IMG/VR virus record: IMGVR_UViG_3300037455_000448
Location: 32,001 to 96,000 of that record
DNA length: 64,000 nt
From: a virus
Lineage: Duplodnaviria > Caudoviricetes
Strand: one strand, 5' to 3'
Below are positions 51,601-59,633 of this stretch, one piece after another. Under the pieces are notes generated by a model. That model saw only the letters and a program-made list of their open reading frames with translations. It made no database searches and was not told the origin of the DNA. A program made the translations under genes and the position numbers. Within the stretch, counting starts at the first letter, position 1, and every line of letters starts with the position of its first letter.

Positions 51601-52015
51601 CTATGAGAAGAATGGAAAGATATATGTTGATAATGGTTATGCGTCTGGTGCAAGGACTATAACTCAGAATCAATTAGCATGGACACAGGAAGATGGTCCT
51701 GAAATGATTGTGTCTCCATCAACAGGAGCAATACTGACACCTTTGCGTAATGGAGATTCCGTAATACCTACATCACAGACTTCAAACATCTGGGAGTGGT
51801 CAAGGTTTGATCCTACTGAATTTGCTAATAAGCTTATACAGAGTATGCCTGAGGGTGTTGGTAAGGTACAGAATAACACGATGCAGGTTGGTAGTCTGGT
51901 AACCGTTAATGGTAATGTTAATGACTCGTTAGAGATGACAAAGATAGCTGCGCAGACTGCTAGTGTTAAGATCAAGGAATCCTTTACAGAACTGAGTAAT
52001 GGATTAAACAAATGA
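42620..52015 (+). CDS. tail tape measure protein
   Basis: 3131-aa helical protein; TP901-type core IRELDDALVDLKKT..WSRLGYS..VGTALKTLSLRIRG; C-terminal AWTQEDGPEMI..LTPL..GD.V.P. Confidence 0.92.
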   Translation: MATNDVAIKIPITLDKPIDEFIGNIRKSLGNVKNMGLNVDTSNIEEALDSYLDAYKKISSTKVNTGTFNKAQQELSKEIDNLKERTETLEKGLVSLVDVMSKTDGGRFANDLKELKQDMQGLANATGEAVAAIQHMTDIREDSTSLRETLTILKEIQNMKTSGKESGAFGSFKEARKELIALYKDITAKKNELANLEIITDDDKLRAAQLQKEITSMSLAWKEMYTANSNAFGDDFANIEKNSVKMASGTKKTLENLFDAVDEILGNIRENVDQNARYIRESLGLLDSINSVESDKNTLSVHAKLGTTVKGLTTQFSNLLDSVQSYLDSNPLEVGVTIATDWSTRRNKELLKQFQEKINNLSDGTEVSELRNLYNDIQKTFGNEINLKFKSNFDEEQKAIRAGVTSLKAEIGKKFELNPKFGKDTVTKLQAQLDKISQKMVLTIDQVKLSDGAIQAAATMEEESQEKVAIESGAISSVIDAMVEKSELLNKQLAPIWQLLVEIKDVLNQYPVDSIVDSTRELVRVIQQVFGVLSQEDLDNMFSGLQKRANAISGSLKLGVNQRELRSILESFREYQELGGKNTFADLGGNEYVQRWFKNNKDLILDTKDAVEELGKAEEKVIADASETASLENLSAKLDDVIKKIQEKTDEFRNEETIVSQVTASEVLALDNVLNKLTEIKGNLSKLFNTKQINNISSTLLSTLDKVTDKTKPVSEYLTDLEKISTALKDITGYSDSVKIISETSVATEDIVKITNAISELKSDIQSIRTALADGTIFRGISELAPEDAANIQSIVESLSELDKVLPSNNFGKNLDKVRKFVNSFSNNKGAERISKAAENIKKLREALDGEVSSNSLLLIFQKLSESTDISGLVKEIKNLLKVEAAANQAAVAKKEFSEANKKMKESADESSISIEKEKAALEKVWNKLNDLNQAKYMPGYVEQIAEIKLAMDGIDDTASEAAEAYKSLREQAERLWKEKGFPEWKKAAETSIASLQVKIEKFGANNTAISRKFRDELNKIRQALHDGMSIEEVQKLGAEFKKLEAKVNAAGQGGLGFFDTLRKRIVGVNAQLIAQYLSWQDIIRYVRQAVTTIRELDDALVDLKKTTTMSNSDLEKFYFNANSIAKEMGVTTEEIINQASSWSRLGYSTKEASEQMAQLSSQFASISPGMGVEEAQTGLVSIMKAWNVDVDRVERDIMDNINTLGNKFAETNSDIISGMERAGATLSAIGMDIDDSFALFTGAQEVIQNAETVGTALKTLSLRIRGYDEDTEELSDDVVAATGKVADLTKVASNGFAGISLWADAEQTQYRSLVDYLGDISKIWDEIDAKSQTQLLENLFGKRGASVGSAILKNFNQVEKALKEMEDAAGSADREMEIIRESISFKLNNLQQTWVGIIQGLIDRGDLGKLIDLLTQISEILGKIIEVGGIPGTILGTIGITTILPNLDNLDNIKEKFSDIFNFFKEAPADIDDTKDALDDVGKAAKRSSLSVGTLKTSLLAIAQNPITWIVVGLVAAKLAFDKVNVTVEETQEKIDDINSTIEQITSEVEQLNAIENRTDGQEKRLQYLQDELEIQKDLLEIAERRNLLEKSGSKFTDYFDKDNWNTKITGFENRNPHQMKSSEAFRKYQFEDVAEEYSKLQDDIAQLRANLENPRRSVNEHNKDLADAEKAKARLEELERQTYDNYYESMEDYYDLRKTAESIATALSEITEDNPLYDVLTDLSNRYDTQIKELETYIIQVDNLLGRESSVTTNSRFNEYNEKFENTLGYDELAKATSEFTQEQKLLWMTVTAGARNGKEAIDLWNKSLAEIDKASTALRRVAKELSFTQSISDLNDLESAINNVGNAIANIDENGKFQLGDLDSIADYFLALETAENKVEYETEAVSNALKLLGEGSGSVEEQANAINILADNYLRTSGILDGLTEKNKQLYITRLQDMGIINAETIVEEQLAQAVAQEADMKLINAEITEQLAILEDALQAEDSETVTQTMNVIEELLNEAEANDTTRRAVEYLIKTQEIFSNQDLSVNEKISQLEQLATSYMGTAEAAALASKIEALESQKGLIKGAGVTAEIKAQQVKAIDAQIQSLINKSASNVTSNSRVNFTRAQYNGGSNVRDRLGYTPDSTIGALTGATAKALEDSSKAASESAKEEFKEAYDYFERYIKLLDKQVSLLEAHLEDVVGSYAKNTLLSAEEDTIKKKMTGYASAIDMYSAKAREALSKIPSDVAQKLLNGAVEIEEFVGEGNEEVYNAIQEYEQWADKVDECKQQLVELKEALRQLELQKFNNLVQDFDELFDVRQTQIDLISKAISLFDTARDRIVGRGFYDVSIKQTEKQLSKLLEERTALTNQMTSALANGIDVASEEWFEMVKAIEEVNGKILDAQQAVEEYKNAIIQLYVDAFDRESNRYSKQIELRQKAISALEKQISVITSSGNLAGESLISEQIEQTKKQLDMLKSERSELVKRMSTATENGVKVASDEWYSMVDALNAVDSAIQDCEESINSLDDAILALHTETFERIQNRFASLSNELSNMAEMFTDKDVATSNNVWTKEGLAQLGLVAQQYELAKKQVTQYTTEISELNAQYARGKYSTTEYIEKLAELKEAQWSAVKAAESAKESIVDINKQRVEIVVDAINKEIEAFKKLTEAQKENLQAEKDLHDYQKQIADSSKNIVDLERQLAAMADDNSAATIAKRKKLEEQLAEARQELAEEEYQHSISAQQEALDQQAEDYSEARNIDIETLQETLENEELIITESFEKIKENTALIGSEILTMAQLLGVSMSEELTAPWQSGENAIASYGELLTVQSSAFIQQLSDVENSEWRLQEQANLSSQAISDMFGNRADELVQQTDIANEATRREEAAAWDASRAIADAFGNRADGLVQTIENARGSTENLTRMSDALSGSLKNSIDGQYSGASAQSALNGIAEAANGVAEAANNAANALSRMASAQPVSVPTYTGKIYQQGSDGDYYYAGTGTVSGNNIYEKNGKIYVDNGYASGARTITQNQLAWTQEDGPEMIVSPSTGAILTPLRNGDSVIPTSQTSNIWEWSRFDPTEFANKLIQSMPEGVGKVQNNTMQVGSLVTVNGNVNDSLEMTKIAAQTASVKIKESFTELSNGLNK

Positions 52016-52020
52016 TTTAG

Positions 52021-52056
52021 AGGCGGATGAGTCTAATAGGCTTATCCGCCTATTCT
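52021..52056 (+). terminator. hairpin/terminator after the tape measure gene
   Basis: AGGCGGATGAG...CTTATCCGCCT. Confidence 0.55.
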
Positions 52057-52073
52057 AATGGAAAGGAGGGAAT

Positions 52074-52892
52074 ATGGTAATCACTTGCGATGATTTGATT
52101 TTCAATGAATTTCAGATGTCCAATTATCCGTTAGTCTCAGGAAATGGTTCTGATGGTGTTATAGATACAACTGATGATATGTCTCTAGCTCCCACTGCTA
52201 CTACTGTATTTGTAGGAGACAAGATGTCTAGTCAGTATGTTAGCCATAAGTATGAGGCAGCAAATGAATTTACTGTAAGATTTGCAAAGGCTAACTGCCA
52301 GATCAATGATACAGATACATTTACTGAAAACGAGTTAAGAACCTACAACAGATTGCTCACAGGCAAGAAAGGATATTCATGGTTGAAAATAGTCAATAAG
52401 TCAGCTATGGAGACAGATTACTATTACAGAGCAATTGTTTCAAAGATTGAATATGAACGCCTTGGATATGACATAGTTGGATATGATGTAACATTCTTAT
52501 GCGATGGTGGAATGGCATATTCAGAGGAGCAGACTATAACTGTTGCTGCAAAGGCTGATATCCCATTTTATATCTTCTCAAACTCAGATGACCTTTATGG
52601 ATATATGCTTCCTACTGTCAAGATAAAAACAAGTACAGCCGGAACCCTCACGTTAACAAATAGTACAGACTCTTGGAGCTCTACTATAGATAACATGAAC
52701 GCAAACGAGACTGTAACTTTTGATTGCAAGAATGAGTTATTAACATCATCTCGTACACGTACATATATCTTAAATGACTTTAATCTTCATTGGCCAAGAA
52801 TACTTCCGGGTAAAAATGAGTATGTATGTAACATGAATGCTACCATTACGTTCACCTTTAGGGCGAACAGAAAGGTAGGATTTGTTACATGA
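52074..52892 (+). CDS. distal tail protein (Dit)
   Basis: Follows the tape measure gene; FN..WPRI.PG.N. Confidence 0.75.
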   Translation: MVITCDDLIFNEFQMSNYPLVSGNGSDGVIDTTDDMSLAPTATTVFVGDKMSSQYVSHKYEAANEFTVRFAKANCQINDTDTFTENELRTYNRLLTGKKGYSWLKIVNKSAMETDYYYRAIVSKIEYERLGYDIVGYDVTFLCDGGMAYSEEQTITVAAKADIPFYIFSNSDDLYGYMLPTVKIKTSTAGTLTLTNSTDSWSSTIDNMNANETVTFDCKNELLTSSRTRTYILNDFNLHWPRILPGKNEYVCNMNATITFTFRANRKVGFVT

Positions 52893-55800
52893 TCATAAAC
52901 AGAAATACCTTGGGCCATATGGAAGACCGTCAGTTTATTTTATGTAAAGCGTCAGAAGAAAGGGTCGGTGTCCTTCAGTGTACCAATAAGAAATGGAGTC
53001 ATAAATACAATGACTTGGATACCCTGTCATTTGATATCTCTTATATCACTGATGGAACACGTACACCTTTTTATGAGGATATTGATATCTTTAAATATAT
53101 CCTTGTTCCTTCTGTAGGATTATTCGTTATAAAGGATATTACGACGAATAACGAGGCTACTGATAACGAATATAAATCAGTTGAATGTCAGGACTATTCT
53201 TCGCAGATTAGTCAGCGATATCTTGAAGACTTCGTGATAAATATGGGAACTACTGAATCTATTGATTCTGTAAGTTTCTATAATCCTGGCAATCAGCCAT
53301 ATAGCTTGATGCATCTGGTTTTAGAGAAATTGCCTGAATGGAGTGTTGGACATTGTGATGCGGCGCTTTGGACTAAGCGAAGGAGCTTTGAAGTAACTCG
53401 TCAGGATATCTATAGCTTTCTGATGAAAGATGTTGCTGAAGCTTTTGAATGTGTCTTTGTCTTTAACACCATCTCTAAGCAGATAAATATTTACGAAGTT
53501 GAGAATGTTGGAATAGATACCAATATCCACCTTTCATATAACAATCTGCTTGAAAGAGCTGAGCTGTCTCTGTCATTGGACGAGATTAAAACATGCGTGA
53601 CTATAAAGGGTGATGATGATCTGACTGTCAGAGAAGTCAATATGGGTTATGATACCCTGTACAATATTGACTACTTTGCGGATCTTGACCATATGTCCGC
53701 TTCTCTTTTGGATGCATATACTACATGGAAAAACTTAGTTAATACTACGGTAGACCTTGATCTTTTTACATATAAGACTGGTGTTATCACAAGAGCTGAA
53801 CTTAGTGGAAAGTCATATAAAGATGCATATACATTGCTGCTTGCAAAGTACCAGAATTACTATACTCAGATAAGTAAGTGGAACTCAACACTTATACCTT
53901 ATGGGGTTAATACACGTAAGCCTGGTTATGGAACTATCTCCTATACCGAAGATGGTTCTGACGCTGTAACTTTTAGCAGACAGACAAGTACAGTCCTTGT
54001 TACTTCTCTCCCATCTTCGGGTGATAGCAATACTCTTTATCTGATTAAGGATACAAATAACATGTATCGTTGGAATGGATCCTGGGTGGATGTTAATAAG
54101 TGGTACAATTGCTGTCTTGCTACATTGAAAGAAAAGCTTGCATCCTTTGAAAATACTCAGGCAGTTGCAATGAAAGCAGGATATGGTGATTCTGAAAATA
54201 CAGATACCACGATCCATGCAAGGTATATTGATACTTATCTTCCATCGCTTTATTCAGTTAACGCAATAACGAAACAGATTGATACAGTAAAGAATACTAT
54301 CTCTGGTCTCGAATCTGATCAGGCCATAATCCAGACGGATAAAACGGTAATTGTTAATAAGACAGCTATGAAGAATAACTTCACTGCTGCACAATTGAAA
54401 GAGTTGTCCACATTTATTCGCGAGGAGGAACTGTCTACGGACAACTATGTTGTAACAGACGTGATGACAGAAGATGAAAGATTTGAGATGCTTTATGCGC
54501 TTTTGGAATATGGCCAAAAAGAACTTGCAAAAGTATCAACACCGCAACTTCAGTTTAGTGTGGATATGGTCAATCTTTTTGCTATTTCAGAGTTTGATAT
54601 TTATTCTGGTGATTTTGATCTTGGGAATTATGTTTGGGTTACTATCCGGGATGATTACTCTATAAAAGCTAAGATATTGGAGATATCAATAGACTTTACT
54701 GATCCGACTCAGTTCAGTGTGACTTTTGGTAATGTAGCTCGGAAAGCTCGTAATATATTTACAGATGTGACAGATGCATTAAATGCTGCTACTTCTGCTG
54801 CTACCTCTGTATCATTCGGTGCTTCTAATTGGAGTGCTGCTGCACAGGAGACTGATTCAATCGGAAAAGCATTAGCTGATGGATTACTCAGTCAGTCCTA
54901 TTATCTGGCAAATGCTGAAGATAATGAGACCCTCATTGATGAGAACGGTGTGTGGATAACGACAACCACTGGTGATCATGGCAGAGAACAGACAGATGAT
55001 TACGATGCTATTTACCTAGGTGGTGGAAGGATTCTGTTTACGGATGATGGATGGCGCTCAGTATCGATGAGTGTTGGACGTGCAGAAGTACAGATGCCCT
55101 CTATAAATTCCAGTGGTGAGCTAATCTTCACAAAAGAATCTCTTTTCGGAACCTTCGCAGATTTCGTTATAGCAGGATATGTAGCAGGCTCCACTATTGT
55201 TGGTGGAGATATCTACTCTTCTAACTATAAGACATCATCGAATAAGAACAGTGGTAACCGTGGTACTCATATGAACCTGAACGACGGTACATTTGAGTTT
55301 AACAACAATGGTAAGAAAAGACTTACTCTCAACTCTTCAGGAGTCCTTGAAGTCAATGGTGTTATTCAGGCTTCATCAGGCCATATCGGTTCAGATGACA
55401 ATGGTGATGGTGGATTTGTTATAGAAAATAAAAAGCTCTATAATGGCAAATCATCTTTCAATGGTACTACTAATGGTATCTATCTGAATTCAGACGAGGG
55501 AATATCTCTTGGTGCTTACAATTCATCTACCGGAAAGAATCCATTCAGCGTAAATAATAGTGGTTATCTTGTGTCAGCATCCGGAAGTATCGGTGGCTGG
55601 AGTATATCTAATAGTACTCTCTCATCAGGCAATATAACCATTGATGCCGGGAATAACAAGTTAAACTTTAACAATAAGTTTATTGTTTATAACGATGGTT
55701 CATTCCAGGCCGCTAACAATAAGTTCAGTGTAAATACCGCTGGTGAGATTACGTCTACAGGCGGAACGATTGGTGGGTGGACAATTGGTGCATCATCACT

Positions 55801-56455
55801 GAGTGCCAATAATATAACCATCAATAGTTCTGGATCCATTACTCAAGAGACTGGGGGCACCAGTAATTGGAGTATTACAAGTACTGGCTATGCTTACTTT
55901 AAAAATGTGTTTATCACTGGGGTTAACAGTGGTTCTACATTTGGAAATATGGGTTATAGCGGTGATACTTATAACTGGGGAACCTTTGGTGGTGGATCAT
56001 TGTATGGAAGTACTACTTCCAACCCATTCAGTGGACAGTGTGTAACACATATCCAAACTCTTGCTGTTGGAGAGATTACCGCTGAAAGAGTTAGTGCCAG
56101 GGCGATAGAGGCAGGATTTATCAAAGCAGATACTATTGCAGCCACATATGCAACGCTTAATGAATTGCATGCAGATTATATTACTGCTAATTCTATTTCA
56201 GCTACATATGCAACAATTACATCTTTAGAGGTTGTAGATGCCAAATTCCAAAATATAAATGCTGATAATATTACTGCTGGAACGGTAAGTACAAGTAGAT
56301 TAAATATCGATGGAATTGTGCAAGGAATGCAGGGAAAAGATATTGATATAAATGGTCTTGAAGTACATGGATATCTAACAGTTGGTAACTATTTGGCTAC
56401 ATGGCATGTAATTACAATTGATGGATTTGATATTAAATATCTAGGAAGGGATTAA
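52889..56455 (+). CDS. baseplate hub / tail spike (Tal-like)
   Basis: Follows Dit; prophage-tail-like N-terminus, GSIGGW.I / GTIGGW.I beta-repeats. Confidence 0.75.
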   Translation: MIINRNTLGHMEDRQFILCKASEERVGVLQCTNKKWSHKYNDLDTLSFDISYITDGTRTPFYEDIDIFKYILVPSVGLFVIKDITTNNEATDNEYKSVECQDYSSQISQRYLEDFVINMGTTESIDSVSFYNPGNQPYSLMHLVLEKLPEWSVGHCDAALWTKRRSFEVTRQDIYSFLMKDVAEAFECVFVFNTISKQINIYEVENVGIDTNIHLSYNNLLERAELSLSLDEIKTCVTIKGDDDLTVREVNMGYDTLYNIDYFADLDHMSASLLDAYTTWKNLVNTTVDLDLFTYKTGVITRAELSGKSYKDAYTLLLAKYQNYYTQISKWNSTLIPYGVNTRKPGYGTISYTEDGSDAVTFSRQTSTVLVTSLPSSGDSNTLYLIKDTNNMYRWNGSWVDVNKWYNCCLATLKEKLASFENTQAVAMKAGYGDSENTDTTIHARYIDTYLPSLYSVNAITKQIDTVKNTISGLESDQAIIQTDKTVIVNKTAMKNNFTAAQLKELSTFIREEELSTDNYVVTDVMTEDERFEMLYALLEYGQKELAKVSTPQLQFSVDMVNLFAISEFDIYSGDFDLGNYVWVTIRDDYSIKAKILEISIDFTDPTQFSVTFGNVARKARNIFTDVTDALNAATSAATSVSFGASNWSAAAQETDSIGKALADGLLSQSYYLANAEDNETLIDENGVWITTTTGDHGREQTDDYDAIYLGGGRILFTDDGWRSVSMSVGRAEVQMPSINSSGELIFTKESLFGTFADFVIAGYVAGSTIVGGDIYSSNYKTSSNKNSGNRGTHMNLNDGTFEFNNNGKKRLTLNSSGVLEVNGVIQASSGHIGSDDNGDGGFVIENKKLYNGKSSFNGTTNGIYLNSDEGISLGAYNSSTGKNPFSVNNSGYLVSASGSIGGWSISNSTLSSGNITIDAGNNKLNFNNKFIVYNDGSFQAANNKFSVNTAGEITSTGGTIGGWTIGASSLSANNITINSSGSITQETGGTSNWSITSTGYAYFKNVFITGVNSGSTFGNMGYSGDTYNWGTFGGGSLYGSTTSNPFSGQCVTHIQTLAVGEITAERVSARAIEAGFIKADTIAATYATLNELHADYITANSISATYATITSLEVVDAKFQNINADNITAGTVSTSRLNIDGIVQGMQGKDIDINGLEVHGYLTVGNYLATWHVITIDGFDIKYLGRD

Positions 56456-56466
56456 AAGGAGATCAA

Positions 56467-56829
56467 ATGAATTTAACAAATCAGGAAATGGATATCTATG
56501 TACGTGCTCTTGAAAAGATATCCGGTAAAGTCAAAGGTAAACTGGCTTATGCGGTAGCTAGAAACATACGAAAGCTATCTACAGAATTAGTAGAGTTTCA
56601 AAACATGAGCAATGAAGCAATTACTAAGTTTGGGTACCCTAACGAAAATGGAACTTACACTATTAGAATCGATTCTGATGAATATAAGAAATATCTCGCA
56701 GAAATGCAGGGAGTTCAAAATATTGAGAATGAAGTGGATCTTATGAAAGTTTCTCAAGATGTTCTTGAAGAATCAGATCTTAATGCTCAGGAAATGCTTT
56801 CAATTGATTTTATGATTACGGAGGAATAA
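56467..56829 (+). CDS. small tail-tip associated protein (DUF1617-like)
   Basis: KLAYAVARNIRKL..E. Confidence 0.5.
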   Translation: MNLTNQEMDIYVRALEKISGKVKGKLAYAVARNIRKLSTELVEFQNMSNEAITKFGYPNENGTYTIRIDSDEYKKYLAEMQGVQNIENEVDLMKVSQDVLEESDLNAQEMLSIDFMITEE

Positions 56830-57053
56830 GTATGGATAAATTATACGTAATTGGTAGTTGTTACTCAGATAATACCGATAATGCAAAAGAACTTTTTAAA
56901 GTATTAGAGGATGCAGGATACATCTTAGGGTACAACATGAGTAACAAGAATTCATGTACCATCATGAAAGAAATGGAAGAACCAGTTGAAGAATAAGGGT
57001 GATATCTAATCACTCTTTTTTGTTGCAAATTTTTAGGGGAAAGGAGGAACGAT

Positions 57054-57656
57054 ATGAACGATATCACTCAACATTATATTATTGACCTTTCGTCTAATAA
57101 TAACTTTGTTCAGATCCCTGCTGTTCAGGGAGATGGAAACGAAACTCGGTATGTTGAGATTGAACTCATCGAAAATGGTGTTCAATACATTATTGATGAG
57201 GAACATGTAACTGTAACTATTGCAGGAACAAAGCCGGATACAAAAGAGATTTGGAATGTATGTGGCATTACCGAAGAAGGATATATCTTGGTTGAGATTA
57301 CTTATCAGATGACTGCAGTAGCTGGTAGGGGCGATTATCAGATCATGTTATTTGAAAATGGTACGAACAATCAGCTTAAGTCATTTCCATTTTTCATATT
57401 AGTTACAGCTGCCGCATTTGATCCTGCATATATTATTTCAACAAATGAGTTCGAAGCTTTGGCAACTTATACTACTGCAGCGCAGGCTGCTGCTGAAGCT
57501 GCTAAAAAATCTGCCGAAGATGCTGCGCTTGCAGGAGCAGTAGGTATCTTTACTCTCAACCGTCTTGACGGACATGTATATTTCGAAAAGGTTGATTCCT
57601 GGAGAGGAAACTTTGAAATCAGGGACAACACTAATCTCTATGTTACTTGGGAGTAA
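57054..57656 (+). CDS. BppU-like upper baseplate protein
   Basis: AVQGD..TRYVEIEL, KPD, QMTAVAG, LKSFPF.I.V, SxNEF.AL. Confidence 0.75.
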   Translation: MNDITQHYIIDLSSNNNFVQIPAVQGDGNETRYVEIELIENGVQYIIDEEHVTVTIAGTKPDTKEIWNVCGITEEGYILVEITYQMTAVAGRGDYQIMLFENGTNNQLKSFPFFILVTAAAFDPAYIISTNEFEALATYTTAAQAAAEAAKKSAEDAALAGAVGIFTLNRLDGHVYFEKVDSWRGNFEIRDNTNLYVTWE

Positions 57657-57737
57657 TTTATACAACATATTTGTCAAAAAGGAGCGTATATCCATCGCTC
57701 TTTTTTTATTGCAAATCTTTAGGGAAAGGAGGACAAC

Positions 57738-58499
57738 ATGGCAACAACTCAGGATTTAGGTCTTGTGACATCGTATGGTTATGCCAGAGCGGGTGGCTAC
57801 AGAGGAACTGTAGATGAATATGAAGCCTATCTCGCTAATCTTCCATCATATGCATCACAGGCAGCCGCTTCAGCTACTGCTGCTGCAGAGTCTGCCACAA
57901 CAGCTACTGAGTCCGCAACAAACGCACAGACCGCTTATAACAATACAGTAATTGAAGCAGCAAAGGCAGCAACTTCTGAAGATCATGCTGCTGAGTATGC
58001 AACTAACGCAGCGACTTCAATGTCTCAGGCTTCGCAGTATGCATCCAATGCATCAGCAAGTGCTATTGCTGCTGCATCAGATGCTGATGATGCGCATGAC
58101 GATGCAGAGATTGCCAAGCAGGCAAAAGAAGCTGCCATTACTGCAAAGAATAACGCACAGCAATCTGAACAGAATGCAGCATCAAGTGAGGCAAAAGCGA
58201 AATCATGGGCAGTTGGACCAAGTGCAGCTGAAACAAGTGGCTCAGATACAAACAATGCAAAGTATTGGTGTGAACAGGCACAGGCTGTAGTTGGACTTGA
58301 TGTTTTCGTTGGAGCTACTGCTACTACTAATGGTCAGCAGGGATTAGTTCCGGGGCCAGCAGCTGGTATGCAGAATCGCATCTTGTTTGGAGATGCTACA
58401 TGGAAAGCTTTGAATTTGGTATTTGAGGGTACAACCCAGGAATGGGCAGATACTACGAATAAAGCTTTCTACAAGATAGTTATTTTAACGGATGATTAA
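57738..58499 (+). CDS. tail fibre stem protein
   Basis: Ala/Ser coiled coil, NNAKYW, GLVP.P.AG, ends FEGT..EW..ILTDD. Confidence 0.7.
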   Translation: MATTQDLGLVTSYGYARAGGYRGTVDEYEAYLANLPSYASQAAASATAAAESATTATESATNAQTAYNNTVIEAAKAATSEDHAAEYATNAATSMSQASQYASNASASAIAAASDADDAHDDAEIAKQAKEAAITAKNNAQQSEQNAASSEAKAKSWAVGPSAAETSGSDTNNAKYWCEQAQAVVGLDVFVGATATTNGQQGLVPGPAAGMQNRILFGDATWKALNLVFEGTTQEWADTTNKAFYKIVILTDD

Positions 58500-58519
58500 A
58501 GAAAGGAGATAAAAATGAG

Positions 58520-59521
58520 ATGAGTGTAAATATATATGATTCATCTAATGATACTCTGGTCAAAGTTCCAGGCACAGAAACATCTGCGTTTACTGGAGCA
58601 ACGAGTAGCGCGGCTGGTACAAAAGGATTGGTTCCTGCTCCTGCTGTAGGCGATGAGGCCAAAGTACTTGGTGGTGATGGTACATGGTTAGATGTAGACA
58701 CTACCCCAACTGAAGACGGAACCAATCCAGTAAGTAGCGGAGCTGCATATGCGTTAAAGACGGCTTTATCGAACCAAAAAGCTGACAAAGCTGATGTTAT
58801 GAATGGCAATGCTGGTGCACATAATGCTATATATCGTGGTAAAAGTCTTGGTACGTCAGTAACTGCTGCACAATATACAGCAATCAGTGCTGGCACATTC
58901 GATGATATGTTCATCGGTGATTACTGGGTAATCAATAGCATCACATGGAGAATTGCAGCTTTTGATTACTGGTATAACAACGGAGATACAGCTTGCACGA
59001 CTCACCATGTCTTGCTTGTTCCTGACACAAACCTTGTAAACGCTAAAATGAATGATACCAATATCACTACTGGAGGTTATGTTGGTTCTGATTTCTACAC
59101 TGGAAACAATGGAAATACAGGATATGCTACAGCAAAGAACACCATCAACACAGCCTTCGGTTCAAGCCACATTCTGAACCACAGAGAATATCTTATCAAT
59201 GCAGTTGCCGATGGGCATCCATCAGGCTGCGCATGGTATGACTCTACAGTAGAGCTGATGAATGAGAACATGGTTTACGGTAGCAAGTTCTTTGAACCTA
59301 TGGCAAATGGTTCAGCAGTTTATGCAAATTACAACATAAACAAGTCTCAGCTGCCTTTGTTCCAGCATAGACATGACTTGATCTGCAATAGAGCCAGCTG
59401 GTGGCTGCGCAGCGTTGTTTCGTCGGCGTATTTCGCCTTTGTCGCCAGCGACGGCGTTGCGGGCGCCTACGGCGCTTCGCTCTCTGTTGGCGTTCGCCCC
59501 GCTTTTGCAATCAAAGCGTAA
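58520..59521 (+). CDS. DGR target protein (tail fibre tip/receptor-binding, CLec-like C-terminus)
   Basis: IGDYW, WRIAAFD, WWLRS...GVRPAF C-terminus overlapping the variable repeat. Confidence 0.85.
   Translation: MSVNIYDSSNDTLVKVPGTETSAFTGATSSAAGTKGLVPAPAVGDEAKVLGGDGTWLDVDTTPTEDGTNPVSSGAAYALKTALSNQKADKADVMNGNAGAHNAIYRGKSLGTSVTAAQYTAISAGTFDDMFIGDYWVINSITWRIAAFDYWYNNGDTACTTHHVLLVPDTNLVNAKMNDTNITTGGYVGSDFYTGNNGNTGYATAKNTINTAFGSSHILNHREYLINAVADGHPSGCAWYDSTVELMNENMVYGSKFFEPMANGSAVYANYNINKSQLPLFQHRHDLICNRASWWLRSVVSSAYFAFVASDGVAGAYGASLSVGVRPAFAIKA
58752..58783 (+). repeat. recombination-site-like repeat inside the DGR target gene
   Basis: CGTTAAAGACGGCTTTATCGAACCAAAAAGCT; 24/32 ungapped identity to 62447-62478. 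Confidence 0.55.
59393..59509 (+). repeat. DGR variable repeat (VR)
   Basis: 117 nt, 95/117 identical to 60231-60347; 3' end of the target gene; GC hairpin at ~59535-59555. Confidence 0.9.
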
Positions 59522-59633
59522 GCGTATCTTTAATCCCCCACCCCCTGTGGGTGAGGCTTAGCCTAAAGCAAGCCAACGAAGTAAATTGTTAAAAAACTGA
59601 ATAAAGCAAGAATGTAACACAGGAAGGAATAAC

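Noticed and set aside
43438-52011. Many antisense ORFs within the tape measure gene and other long genes
   Set aside because: Expected shadows of biased codon usage.
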